DNA from: Sedimentisphaerales bacterium
GTDB lineage: Bacteria; Planctomycetota; Phycisphaerae; Sedimentisphaerales; SM23-30
Strand: one strand, 5' to 3'
Length of the DNA stretch: 64,000 nucleotides
Assembly (NCBI GenBank): GCA_963666285.1
Contig: OY762711.1
Shown: positions 19,592 through 29,680 of the stretch, piece after piece
How the letters are laid out: every line of letters starts with the position of its first letter
Position numbering within the stretch: position 1 is the first letter of the stretch
Position numbers and translations under genes: made by a program
The notes under the pieces: model-generated
What the model saw: only the letters and a program-made list of their open reading frames with translations
Database searches by the model: none
Told to the model about the DNA's origin: nothing

Positions 19592-21862
19592 TCAGATCAG
19601 ATTTCTACGACGGCGGATGACCCATTCGAAAGTAAGAATAACCAGAAATGCGATAAGGAAGATATAGCGGTCTTCTATGAGAGCAACCTCAGTAGTAACG
19701 GCTTTCTGGAGAACCTTGTCGCTGATAAGCATAATCAGCTTATCGATCTCCGCTTCTTTATAGTATGCCCCGCCGCTGCGGTTGGCCAGATCATTCAAGA
19801 AGGCATGGTCAACAGCAAGATCTGCACCTTCGTTCAGTATCCGGCCAACAGAAAGTGATTTTTCATACCGTTCGAGAACGGTATCATCTTTTTCGGCAAG
19901 CTGAGTTTTGGGCAATACGGCACTCAACTCAAAAATATAATCGCCCGGCTTTGTGAGATCGAATCCTAAGCTATACTGCCTGGAATCGGCAGTTCCTGCC
20001 GGAACAATATCCACCTTTTGCAGCTCGCCTCCGAAACTGACCTGACCACGCAAATGGAGCGAACCCGGCTGATAGTTACCGGCAACAGTAACAACGGCCT
20101 CTGCCCGTTCACCTGGATTATAATATTCCTTATCCCATCTAACCGAAAGAATCCGGCCGGCACCTTCTTTGCCGGTAAGAGCACGAACACTCTGACGCCA
20201 GAGCAGGCCAAAACAATATCGCATATTTTCATTCTGGCGGGTCCACTTCCAAAATGTATTGGTCATAATCGCCATGACTTGGCCCTGACCAAAACGGTTG
20301 ATAGCTACAAGCGGCACTTTTTTTTCTGAAACAGATACACTCATCAGTTCAGTAGCAGCCGGTTTCAGCCGACCGGTTAAATTAGCACTTTCTACATTCA
20401 CAGTCTGCTCTCGCTGCAGGCGATCAACTACACCGCTCATTATAGAATGGGTCTGAGCATAACCCGGAATGCTGACAGGGAACCGACCGCGTAAAAAAGT
20501 ACCTTCTGCCTTGGGGCCAACCCGAAACGGGAACAGCTCGGTAAGTTCAGAGCCGGAGTAGCTACCGGCATCAAAGGAATCCGGACCGCCCAGGAAAATA
20601 ACCGCACCACCAGCCGACACATAATCCTTAATCGCTCTAACTGCTGAGATCGACCAGCTATCGGCAGAGATTGATCCGATAATAATACAGTTGTATAATT
20701 GGAGGTTGGCAAGCTCAGTAGGAAAACCACTTTCCAGAAATGTATCGCTGGTATTCCGCTGGCCCTGGATGACGAACTGACTTTCACCGCCGCTTATGCC
20801 GAGACGGAACAAAGCAGTAAGTGATATTGACGGATCGTCACTGAGTTCACGACGTACGGCACGAAATTCCCAGCCGACCTCATGGGCGTAGAACAGCACA
20901 TTGATCTCTTTATGCTCAACCTCAACGGTGAACTCGCGAATATTATTGAGCAGGGTAAGCTCTCTAACACCGCTGTTTAAGCGAATGCGAAACCGCCGGA
21001 CACCTACACTGTCATTATCGGCGATAGAATATTTCTCACGTTCACGCCCACCGCTTAGATTGATAAGACGGCGTTCCTTGATAAACCATTTTTCGCCATC
21101 ATATTCTTCCAGCAGCAGTTCAGTTTTGCCAAAATCACTTAATGAGCCAGCACCAACAGCGAACATATCGACTGTTATCTCAAAGTTGCTGCCCTTCTCG
21201 ATAGTTGCCGGGCAATCAACATCGTCAATTGCGGCATCCGGCATATCTGGCATTTCACTGCCAACACCAACGATGTACATTGGCGAGTCCGGCATAACAA
21301 CACTGTCAACGACCTCATCACCACCATCAGTGAGCATAATGAAAGCATCTGCAACAGTAGCGGAATCGTTGCTGCACAGTTCAATGAGAACCTGACCAAT
21401 ATCGGTATTTCTTACCGCTTGCCCATGAATAATATCAGCAGCACTACTATCAAGCAGAGTATCAGTGAAAATGTAACGGTCATAGTCAGCATACTCCTTA
21501 ACAGCATCGATGATTTTTTCGCCAAGCCCTTCCGCCCTTCTGAGCCTGGGCAACTCACCGGAATCTGTAACATCCATTGATGATGAAACATCAGTCAATA
21601 GAACAATGCGGGTAGGATTCTCCGGTCGTCTGATAGTAAGCCAGAGCGGGTCAAACAGGGCAAATAGCAAACATAAACCGCCAAGCACCCGTAAGATCAG
21701 AAATATAATTGAAGAGTTCTGTTCAAATCTTTGACGCAGCCTCTGCCAATATAGCCAGCAGAATAAACCTGCCAAAGCAAGAATCAGCATAACCAATGCC
21801 GGGTTATACTCTCGCCAGTGAAGCATGGCAAGCAGATTAATGTTTTCGGTAGATACCTTCAT
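19592..21862 (-). CDS. Membrane protein with vWA-like and class I glutamine amidotransferase-like domains
   Basis: N-terminal TM helices, DVSSSM (MIDAS-like), LTDG, YVSAGGAVIFLGG, RFGQGQV...WKW, LNDLANRSGG, C-terminal TM ending EWVIRRR. Confidence 0.8.
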   Translation of the reverse strand: MKVSTENINLLAMLHWREYNPALVMLILALAGLFCWLYWQRLRQRFEQNSSIIFLILRVLGGLCLLFALFDPLWLTIRRPENPTRIVLLTDVSSSMDVTDSGELPRLRRAEGLGEKIIDAVKEYADYDRYIFTDTLLDSSAADIIHGQAVRNTDIGQVLIELCSNDSATVADAFIMLTDGGDEVVDSVVMPDSPMYIVGVGSEMPDMPDAAIDDVDCPATIEKGSNFEITVDMFAVGAGSLSDFGKTELLLEEYDGEKWFIKERRLINLSGGREREKYSIADNDSVGVRRFRIRLNSGVRELTLLNNIREFTVEVEHKEINVLFYAHEVGWEFRAVRRELSDDPSISLTALFRLGISGGESQFVIQGQRNTSDTFLESGFPTELANLQLYNCIIIGSISADSWSISAVRAIKDYVSAGGAVIFLGGPDSFDAGSYSGSELTELFPFRVGPKAEGTFLRGRFPVSIPGYAQTHSIMSGVVDRLQREQTVNVESANLTGRLKPAATELMSVSVSEKKVPLVAINRFGQGQVMAIMTNTFWKWTRQNENMRYCFGLLWRQSVRALTGKEGAGRILSVRWDKEYYNPGERAEAVVTVAGNYQPGSLHLRGQVSFGGELQKVDIVPAGTADSRQYSLGFDLTKPGDYIFELSAVLPKTQLAEKDDTVLERYEKSLSVGRILNEGADLAVDHAFLNDLANRSGGAYYKEAEIDKLIMLISDKVLQKAVTTEVALIEDRYIFLIAFLVILTFEWVIRRRRNLI

Positions 21863-21877
21863 ATTAAGTATGACCTA

Positions 21878-22726
21878 TCATTCCATCTTATCCAACTGTG
21901 CCAGGAAGAAATCTCTTCCCCATAGTTCCAGTGAAGGCTGCTCAGCAACTCTTACAAATCGGCGGACATCATCAGCGGTCTTTTGCCAGTCCATCGACTC
22001 GATCTTTTGGGCCAGTTCTGTAAAACACCAATCATTATCAACTTCCAAATTCTGTCCCTTCCATGGCCCCGCCTGGTTAAGGGCTGACGACAAAAATCTA
22101 CAGTTAACTTTGACCTTCTGGCTAGTGTACCATATAAAATCATACCAGTCTCTGCCTTTGATATATTCACGACAAAGCAGTGCATGAACCTTGCCGGCAA
22201 ACAAACTGGGCTTATCCTGAACGATAACAGAAGAAGCAAAAGGAAAGTCCAGGTATTTGATCTCATATTCACTGCCTGACGGCGGATTGGTATCGACCTC
22301 GAACTTAATCCTAATTTTTCCAGGCGGTCCGGTCATGCCGGAATAACCAAGCTGTAAAACTTTACCCAGCGAATCATCCTTAAGAAAAGCTTTCTGTACC
22401 GTTACTCCTGCTTTAGTGCGATCAACTATATCGATCTCATAGCCATAAGCTGCCAGCTCATCTGTCAGTGACTGCAGATGCGGGTTAAGCTCAAAATCAA
22501 CAGCAGGCTCTTTCAATATAAAATCCATATCCTCGGAAAACCTGTTTAAGCCATAGAATATTCTCAGACACGTGCCACCTTGAAATGCCGCATGTTTGAA
22601 AAAATCAGTTCTGCCAAGTGCAGCCAGAGACACTTCCTGGGTAATCTCACGAATCGCCTGCTGCTCTTCAATTTCAGATTTACAATTATATGAGTTTAAC
22701 CTGTCCTGAATAAATTTAACACTCAC
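21878..22726 (-). CDS. abiEii: Type IV TA toxin, AbiEii-family nucleotidyltransferase
   Basis: AFQGGTCLRIFYGLNRFSEDMDF, KVHALL.R and KGRDWYD motifs. Confidence 0.92.
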   Translation of the reverse strand: MSVKFIQDRLNSYNCKSEIEEQQAIREITQEVSLAALGRTDFFKHAAFQGGTCLRIFYGLNRFSEDMDFILKEPAVDFELNPHLQSLTDELAAYGYEIDIVDRTKAGVTVQKAFLKDDSLGKVLQLGYSGMTGPPGKIRIKFEVDTNPPSGSEYEIKYLDFPFASSVIVQDKPSLFAGKVHALLCREYIKGRDWYDFIWYTSQKVKVNCRFLSSALNQAGPWKGQNLEVDNDWCFTELAQKIESMDWQKTADDVRRFVRVAEQPSLELWGRDFFLAQLDKME

Positions 22727-23361
22727 AGCTTCAACTCCTTTCTTAATGTTTTTAGAAAGGTTTTTACTCGACTGCTTTTATAATTATTATCAAGAGTTTT
22801 AAAATCTTCTGCTGATAGCTGTTCCAGATATTCAGGCTCGACCCGCAAACTCTCTATTGCAGGGGCGATGCCCTGCCAGCTGCACTTATGCACATATACA
22901 TAATCTGCAAGAGCTTTGAGCGGTGCTGCAACCATAAACAGCTTGCCGTTTTCATCTGTTTTATGATCTACACCGGAATAGAACACCTTCTGCGGCACCC
23001 GACTATAACTGAAACGTCCTAACGGCGTATCGAACTCCTTGCTGAGTTTATAGCATACACTTGTTACAGTATAAACCGCTTCCGGGATCCAACCATGGAA
23101 ACTCAATGCTGATTCCAGACTGATATACGATGGGCCGTAGATATGCTGAGCGACTACATACGGATTTAGCCTTTTTTTCTGCAATGCGTCCGATAAACAA
23201 TACAGCCCCCTGCGAATATTGACAATATCCCCCGCTGCCATTGCTCGTTTGGTCTGGGCATGACGCTGATTATCGCCGCCAGGAGCTAAAATTGCCAGTT
23301 CCGGCACAGAAACCACACCTTCAGGACCAAACTCTACCAGTTTTCTCGTTAATTTATTCAT
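22723..23361 (-). CDS. abiEi: Type IV TA antitoxin, AbiEi-family transcriptional regulator
   Basis: IRRGLY, PSYISLESALSFHGWIPE, KALADY; 4-bp overlap with the AbiEii gene. Confidence 0.9.
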   Translation of the reverse strand: MNKLTRKLVEFGPEGVVSVPELAILAPGGDNQRHAQTKRAMAAGDIVNIRRGLYCLSDALQKKRLNPYVVAQHIYGPSYISLESALSFHGWIPEAVYTVTSVCYKLSKEFDTPLGRFSYSRVPQKVFYSGVDHKTDENGKLFMVAAPLKALADYVYVHKCSWQGIAPAIESLRVEPEYLEQLSAEDFKTLDNNYKSSRVKTFLKTLRKELKL

Positions 23362-23392
23362 CTTAGATCGATATTATGCATATTTTCAACAG

Positions 23393-23487
23393 AAACTGTC
23401 ACTTTTCGACAGTTTTTAAACTATAAATCATAATATCGACCAAGTCAAGCTGTTTTCCCAGAAGAAACTGTCGTTTTTCGACAGTTT
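23393..23487 (-). promoter_or_regulatory. abiE promoter flanked by two 23-bp inverted-repeat operators
   Basis: AAACTGTC-N7-GACAGTTT at 23393-23415 and 23465-23487; between them, minus-strand TTGACT (23448-23443), 17 nt, TATAGT (23425-23420). Confidence 0.8.
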
Positions 23488-23721
23488 TTCAAAAAATAAA
23501 GATATAATTCATGTAAACATCATATATTTTCCGAACAAATCAAATCGGTTCAGAAAGAATTTGCAGAATTAAAATGAAAACAAAAAAGGCTTCATCAATC
23601 ATTGAAACTCTTGAAAATAATGATTATGTTACTATAAAACAAATAACTGAAGGGTCAAATAAGGATAAAATATATTTTGATATAATGTTCTGGGATTAGA
23701 GAATATCAACATATACTTATT

Positions 23722-23757
23722 AAAAAAAGGCATCCCAATATAAATCGGGACACCTTG
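23722..23757 (-). terminator. Probable terminator after gcvPB
   Basis: A-tract followed by an imperfect GG.ATCCC...GGGA.ACC hairpin; U-tract on the minus strand. Confidence 0.5.
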
Positions 23758-23817
23758 ATAATTTATTACAATAACTTGTCAAACTATTGCTGAGCTTATA
23801 CCTAGTTATACCAAGAA

Positions 23818-25269
23818 TCACAAGCTGGCAATATTCGGCTTCCTGGCAGCCAGAACATCATCGAGTCTGCTGACAGGAGTAGTCTTTGGCGTATCAAGAA
23901 CAGCTTGTGGGTTATCCTGAACCTGTTTGGCAATATCAATCATTGCTTCTATAAATTCATCAATAACTTCCTTGCTCTCGGTTTCGGTCGGCTCGATCAT
24001 AAGAGCTTCTTTAACAATCAACGGGAAGTACATTGTCGGAGGATGGAAACCACGGTCGATCAGTGCCTTGGCAACATCCATCGCATGAACGCCATTTGCA
24101 TTCTGGCGGGATGCACTAAAGACACATTCATGCTTACAGGTCTGACCGAAAGGCAGATCGTAATAATCCTTGAGACGCTCCTTGATATAGTTTGCGTTCA
24201 GAACGGCATTTTCGCTGACACGTCGCAGGCCTTTAGCACCAAGGCGGAGGATGTAGGCATAGGCACGAAGTACAATACCGAAGTTTCCGTAGAACGGCGC
24301 AATATACCCGATAGAGTCAGGGAGATCGTATTGCAGGTAAAACGCACCATCTTCATGCTTGCGAACAACGGCAATCGGCAGGAACTGCTCAAGCTTTTCG
24401 CAGACACCGACAGGACCGGCACCAGGACCGCCGCCGCCGTGAGGAGTGGCAAAGGTTTTGTGCAGGTTTAAATGCACAACATCGAACCCGATATCCCCGG
24501 GACGAACTTTACCGACAATAGCGTTAAGGTTAGCACCGTCGTAATAAGCCAGACCGTCAACGCTATGGATAAGGTCGCAAATTTCATTAACGTGCGGGTT
24601 GAACAGTCCGAGAGTATTTGGGCAGGTGAGCATTAGCCCGGCAACCTTGTCGTTAATGGCCTCTTTAAGAAGTTTGAGGTCCATAACGCCGTTTTCGTCG
24701 GAAGGGATAGTCTTTACCTTGTAGCCGGCAATAGAAGCACTGGCAGGATTTGTGCCGTGGGCACTGTCGGGAATAATAATTGTATCTTTGTGAGTATTAC
24801 CCTGCTTACGATGATAGGCTGCTATGATCATTATGCCGGTAAGTTCGCCGTGTGAGCCTGCCATCGGCTGCATAGTGAATGCTTTCATACCGCAAATTTC
24901 ACTAAGCATCTTGTCCATATCGTACAGAACCTGAAGAGCACCCTGGGTAAGAGCACCACCAGACCGCAGCTGAGGTAATAACGGATGTAGATCGGCAAAG
25001 TCCGACATACCGGCGATAACCTCTGTCATCTTGGGGTTATACTTCATAGTACAGCTGCCTAGCGGATAGAAATTGGTATCTACACCAAAGTTCATGCGTG
25101 ACAACGCGGTAAAATGACGAACAACATCGCATTCGCCAAGTTCGGGCAGCTCAGCATCAGCTTTCCTGAGATATTTTTCATCCAAATGCTTGATCGCCTT
25201 TGGTACACCGGTAAGATCAAACCGGGTAGCACGGCGTCCTTCTACACTTTTTTCGAATATAAGTTTCAT
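23818..25269 (-). CDS. gcvPB: Glycine dehydrogenase (decarboxylating) subunit 2
   Basis: YPLGSCTMKYNP, SAHGTNPASA, HLNLHKTFATPHGGGGPG, IEPTETESKE. Confidence 0.97.
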   Translation of the reverse strand: MKLIFEKSVEGRRATRFDLTGVPKAIKHLDEKYLRKADAELPELGECDVVRHFTALSRMNFGVDTNFYPLGSCTMKYNPKMTEVIAGMSDFADLHPLLPQLRSGGALTQGALQVLYDMDKMLSEICGMKAFTMQPMAGSHGELTGIMIIAAYHRKQGNTHKDTIIIPDSAHGTNPASASIAGYKVKTIPSDENGVMDLKLLKEAINDKVAGLMLTCPNTLGLFNPHVNEICDLIHSVDGLAYYDGANLNAIVGKVRPGDIGFDVVHLNLHKTFATPHGGGGPGAGPVGVCEKLEQFLPIAVVRKHEDGAFYLQYDLPDSIGYIAPFYGNFGIVLRAYAYILRLGAKGLRRVSENAVLNANYIKERLKDYYDLPFGQTCKHECVFSASRQNANGVHAMDVAKALIDRGFHPPTMYFPLIVKEALMIEPTETESKEVIDEFIEAMIDIAKQVQDNPQAVLDTPKTTPVSRLDDVLAARKPNIASL

Positions 25270-25295
25270 CTATTACATTTAACCTTATTATATTA

Positions 25296-25476
25296 GTGCG
25301 GTTTCGCACATTGACTGTTCAACATTACACGCAAAGGTCGGAACAGGGCCTTGTGAATGAAAACCTTTTCATTTAATTGTATTATCGAGCTATTTCTCGA
25401 AAGTATATTAAATTCAACATGTTGCAAGAAGGCCATTTAAGCCGTTTTTTGCAACTTAAAAATTGCGAAATTAAAC
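25296..25476. mobile_element. Possible MITE-like insertion between gcvPA and gcvPB
   Basis: Imperfect terminal inverted repeats GTGCGGTTTCGCA / TGCGAAATTAAAC (9 of 13 match), flanked on both sides by TATTA; internal hairpin. Confidence 0.35.
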
Positions 25477-25492
25477 TATTACTATTTGAATC

Positions 25493-26824
25493 TTAGAGTA
25501 CACTTTCGAGTGCTTCGGCAAGCATGCCGATTTCCTGTTTGGTACGTTTTTCGGTAACGGCTATTAACAAAGTATTATCCATATCTTCATAGTAGCGATA
25601 GAGCGGAAAACCGGCTGCAAATCCGCGTTCGATCAGTTCGCCGGCAACATCAGCGGCATTCCTGGGCAATTCAACAACAAATTCGTTAAAGAACCAGCGG
25701 TTACGAAAACGAGGACTGACACCGGGGACGGCACAGATACGCTCAAAGGCATACGCTGCCTTGTCATAGCAGTTCATCGCCAGCTCCTTGAAGCCATTCT
25801 TACCAACAAGTGACATATATATAGTAGAGGCAAGAGCACAAAGCGATTCGTTCGAGCAGATATTGGAATTTGCCTTTTCTCGTCGAATATGCTGTTCACG
25901 GGCCTGTAAGGTAAGAACGAAACCATCACGCCCTTCACTATCGACAGTACGACCGCAAATACGCCCCGGCATACTGCGAACATATTTCATTTTGGTTGCC
26001 ATGAATCCAAGGTACGGTCCGCCAAAACTGAGAGGAATACCAAGCGACTGACCTTCACCGGTGACAATATCAACATCCATTTCGCCGGGAGTCTTAATCA
26101 AACCAAGTGAAACCGGATAACAAGAACTGACAAGCAAGGCTTTTTTGGCATGAACCGTTTCTGCTATATCAGTAAAATCGTCTATCAGGCCGAAGAAGTT
26201 CGGGTTCTGAACGATAACCGCTGCTGTTTTGTCGTCAAGCTCAGCTTCGATCGCTTCACGAGAAGCACGACCATCTTCATTTTTGACTGTTACCAGTTCA
26301 ATCTGAAGATTGCGGGTATAACTCTCAAGCATAACACGATAGATCGGGTTGACAGTATCATCGAGAATGATTTTGCCGCGTTTGGTAATCCGCATTGCCA
26401 TCATCATCGCTTCGTAAAGAGCGGTACCGCCATCATAGATAGACGCGTTCGACGCTTCCATATTGGTAAGCCGACATATCATTGACTGATATTCATAGAT
26501 AGCCTGCAGAGTACCCTGGCTAAGTTCCGGCTGATACGGGGTATAGGCGGTATAAAACTCACCACGATTCAGACACGCGTTTACCGCAGCGGGTATAAAA
26601 TGGTCATAAAACCCGCCGCCAATAAAACAGGTAAGATGCGAATGGTTTTTATCCGCCAGCTTAGCGAGCTGCTGGGTAATCTGCAGTTCGGACTTAGCCT
26701 TTGGAATATTGACATCTTCAACGAGCAACTCGGCAGGAATATCAGCAAAGAGATCTTCCATCTTGATGCCGAGATAATCCAGCATCTCCTGACGCTGTTT
26801 CTTTGTATTTTGTATATATGGCAT
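25493..26824 (-). CDS. gcvPA: Glycine dehydrogenase (decarboxylating) subunit 1
   Basis: EFYTAYTPYQPELSQGTLQ, GEGQSLG, GGPYLG, REQHIRREKA.SNICSN. Confidence 0.97.
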   Translation of the reverse strand: MPYIQNTKKQRQEMLDYLGIKMEDLFADIPAELLVEDVNIPKAKSELQITQQLAKLADKNHSHLTCFIGGGFYDHFIPAAVNACLNRGEFYTAYTPYQPELSQGTLQAIYEYQSMICRLTNMEASNASIYDGGTALYEAMMMAMRITKRGKIILDDTVNPIYRVMLESYTRNLQIELVTVKNEDGRASREAIEAELDDKTAAVIVQNPNFFGLIDDFTDIAETVHAKKALLVSSCYPVSLGLIKTPGEMDVDIVTGEGQSLGIPLSFGGPYLGFMATKMKYVRSMPGRICGRTVDSEGRDGFVLTLQAREQHIRREKANSNICSNESLCALASTIYMSLVGKNGFKELAMNCYDKAAYAFERICAVPGVSPRFRNRWFFNEFVVELPRNAADVAGELIERGFAAGFPLYRYYEDMDNTLLIAVTEKRTKQEIGMLAEALESVL

Positions 26825-26946
26825 ATTGAAATTCAGATATTAGGTTTTAGGTATTTAGTATCAGGATAGATGCTGCTCATGTACCCCAGGTTCTGAGTAA
26901 ACGCAAAGCAAATATCTAACCTATACGTTATAGAATTAAAATCAAA

Positions 26947-27324
26947 TTACAGTGTTTTTAGATAGTCCTGGTATGCTTCATAATCCATCAGATCTTCGCC
27001 GCCACTGTGTACATCAAACTTACAAATCCAGCCTTCACCAAACGGATCATCATTGACCTTTTCCGGATTCTCATCCAGAGATTCATTAACTTCTGTAACT
27101 TTGCCGTTCACAGGTGAGTATATGTCGCTGGCAGCTTTTGAGCTTTCGATAGTAGTCAATTCAACACCGGCTTCAGCTTCGGCACCAATTTCAGGAAGCT
27201 CAACATAAACTATATCGCCAAGTTCGCTGACAGCAAAATCGGTAATACCCATTACTGCTTTCTGATCTTTAATCAAAACCCACTCATGTTCCTTTGAATA
27301 CAGCATCTTCGTCTTATCAAGCAT
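26947..27324 (-). CDS. gcvH: Glycine cleavage system H protein
   Basis: YSKEHEW, GITDFA..LGDIVYVELP, IESSKAASDIYSPVNG (lipoyl-lysine). Confidence 0.97.
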   Translation of the reverse strand: MLDKTKMLYSKEHEWVLIKDQKAVMGITDFAVSELGDIVYVELPEIGAEAEAGVELTTIESSKAASDIYSPVNGKVTEVNESLDENPEKVNDDPFGEGWICKFDVHSGGEDLMDYEAYQDYLKTL

Positions 27325-27385
27325 AATTAAAAACTCCTTAAAATTATTGAATAATTTGTTCCTAAGTAATTATTATTATAGACTT

Positions 27386-28588
27386 TTAATATTTCATAAA
27401 TCTTTTTGTAGTAACACCAGACAGGTCAGGTTCGTATTTATCACCGACAATACATTTGGCAACACGTCCCTGCTTGATATGCCTATCATTCCGGGCTACA
27501 TAATAGCCCCCCACCACATCGCCTGCCTTGAGTGCACCGACCTGCGCCAGAGCCAGGGCAATCTGTTTGTCTTCTATCTTGACGCTGCTGAGAATTGCTC
27601 CGACACAAATTCCATCTTCGGTAAGTATGCCGTCATTTTCACGAACCGGCCTTACCCCGCGACTTCCGTCAAGTTCGAGACGATAGATTTTCATCTCAAA
27701 ATTTTCCGCTCGTTTACGAAAACCTTCGCAACCAACAAACCATTCTTTATTAAGGTCAACAGCCCAGCCGTAACCAGCCTGGAAAGGAGAAATAGCATGT
27801 TCACCTTCGAGTTCATGACCGTAGAGCGGCAGCCCGGCTTCAATACGCAAGCTGTCGCGAGAGCCAAGCCCGCAAGGCACAGCCCCGGCAGCAATAACAG
27901 CGTCCCAAAGATCGCCACATATATCCGGATGAACCAGAAATTCGTACCCTACCTTTGACCCGGTATAACCCGTACTGCAAACATAAACACTGCCACCTAA
28001 AATATCAATCTTACAAAATTCAAAAGAACCCAGTGACTGGAATTTAGCCTTCTGTTCGGCATCAGAAATAAGTCCGGCGATAATTTTCTGAGAGTCTACC
28101 CCCTGAACGGGCATTACCAGACAACGGTCCGAGCCGCTGACATCAGCCCGAAGATCACGTACTGTCGGCAAAGTATCAAGCCTGCCAGCAAGCAAATCAG
28201 CTGCTTTAGCCAGATGAGCCTGGACATTAGTATCATTTGCAGCATTAACAACCATGAGAAACCGCTCAGAAGATTCACGATATACAATCAGGTCGTCAAT
28301 CGCCCTGCCTTCGGTATCAGGCATAAAAGAATATTGTGCCTGACCGTCAGAAAGATTATTTATATTGTTTGCAGTAAGCAAATTAAGAAATTCTGCCGCT
28401 GTCGGGCCGGTAAAATCCAGAACGCCCATATGAGTGCAGTCAAATATGCCTGCAGAATTGCGAACTGCTTCGTGTTCGGCCTTGATTGAACTATACCAAA
28501 GAGGCATCATATATCCGGCAAAATCCGCCATATTACGGCCACCGGTGAGAGCGATATGTTTTCCGTAAAGCTTTGTCTTTAATGGCAT
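27386..28588 (-). CDS. gcvT: Glycine cleavage system aminomethyltransferase T
   Basis: FAGYMMPLWY, EHEAVR..AGIFD.THMG, VVNAAN, TGYTG, GLGSRDSLRIEAGLPLYGHE. Confidence 0.95.
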   Translation of the reverse strand: MPLKTKLYGKHIALTGGRNMADFAGYMMPLWYSSIKAEHEAVRNSAGIFDCTHMGVLDFTGPTAAEFLNLLTANNINNLSDGQAQYSFMPDTEGRAIDDLIVYRESSERFLMVVNAANDTNVQAHLAKAADLLAGRLDTLPTVRDLRADVSGSDRCLVMPVQGVDSQKIIAGLISDAEQKAKFQSLGSFEFCKIDILGGSVYVCSTGYTGSKVGYEFLVHPDICGDLWDAVIAAGAVPCGLGSRDSLRIEAGLPLYGHELEGEHAISPFQAGYGWAVDLNKEWFVGCEGFRKRAENFEMKIYRLELDGSRGVRPVRENDGILTEDGICVGAILSSVKIEDKQIALALAQVGALKAGDVVGGYYVARNDRHIKQGRVAKCIVGDKYEPDLSGVTTKRFMKY

Positions 28589-28639
28589 TATAATTTTCCT
28601 TCTGTCTCACTTAAGATTAAGTATCTCAAGTCTGGGAAT

Positions 28640-28685
28640 AAAAAAAGCACAGTAAACATACTTATGCTAAATATGCTTACTGTGC
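28640..28685 (-). terminator. Riboswitch expression-platform terminator upstream of gcvT
   Basis: Minus strand GCACAGTAAGCATA-loop-TATGTTTACTGTGC-TTTTTTT, directly after aptamer 2. Confidence 0.8.
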
Positions 28686-28920
28686 CTCTGTCCTGTGACC
28701 TGAGATATTTTAACCTGTGAAACTAAACCCATCCATAAGGCCCTATTATATAATTACTTATAATCTGGTTCCAGGTTATCCTTCGGTTTCCGCATCCGGC
28801 GAAATCTCCAGAGTACCATCATCATAGAATCCATTTGCCTGAGAGTTTTACAGACAATTGCCTGCTTGCACCTTCGGCGGTCAGCCATACTTTTGTAAAG
28901 CGACTCTCTCTCCTATGATT
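28686..28920 (-). ncRNA. Tandem glycine riboswitch
   Basis: Aptamer 1 ATCATAGGAGAGA...CCGAAGG...CTCTCAGGC...CTATGAT and aptamer 2 CTCTGGAGA...ACCGAAGGA...TCTCAGGT...GGACAGAG on the minus strand, upstream of gcvT. Confidence 0.92.
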
Positions 28921-29140
28921 CAACTGGCATTACAACAAGTTGTATCTGCGGCTATATTAGCGGAAACATTACGCTTTTTCAAATGAAATGAAAGATTTTG
29001 ACAGTTATTTTAATTCACAGGCATAAAACTAATATAAATGCATATTAATAGGAATAAGCGTAAATCGTTTTTCTGAAACAATTAAAAAGTGATTAATTAA
29101 CTTTAAAACAGAAATAATTTCGGAGCAAGAACAAAGAAAC

Positions 29141-29602
29141 TCAATTACCCGGAATATTAGTGCTGCTAAAGATAATGTTCTGATGGTTCATAGAAAGGAG
29201 TGCATCATAGACATTCATCATATGCTGCCATGATGTTGAGGCGGAATCAATCAGCATAACCGGGTCCTGCTGATTTCTTCTTCGCTGAGCCATAACCCGC
29301 TTAAGAGTATCTGAGAAATCTGAGAAATCATCTTCCTGCTTATCGATAATGACAGCCTGTCCGGCAAAAGCAATCCGGCAATTACCATCATCAAGAGTAC
29401 TGACAAGTATCTGAAAAGGCTCAACTTCACTGATAACCGAACTGGAAGATTCGGCGGGCAACTCTGCCGACATAAAACCTTCCTGCTGGCGAAAGTTGAC
29501 TGTCATAATAAAAAAGATAAGCAGAAGAAAAACAACATCAATCAACGGAACCAGGCGAGCCTGGGAAGAAAAATTAGATTTTCGCGGCTTAAACTTCTTC
29601 AT
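29141..29602 (-). CDS. exbD: Biopolymer transporter ExbD/TolR family protein
   Basis: PLIDVVFLLLIFFIM transmembrane signature. Confidence 0.88.
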   Translation of the reverse strand: MKKFKPRKSNFSSQARLVPLIDVVFLLLIFFIMTVNFRQQEGFMSAELPAESSSSVISEVEPFQILVSTLDDGNCRIAFAGQAVIIDKQEDDFSDFSDTLKRVMAQRRRNQQDPVMLIDSASTSWQHMMNVYDALLSMNHQNIIFSSTNIPGN

Positions 29603-29680
29603 CTTATTTCCAGGCTAAATAATAAGGCTTCGTTATATAAAATAAGAGTTACAGAATACCAATTTATCTCAACTGCCTTA

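Noticed and set aside
26838..26870. Heptamer-like run between gcvH and gcvPA
   Set aside because: Only about four degenerate units; too weak to link to the linker repeats.
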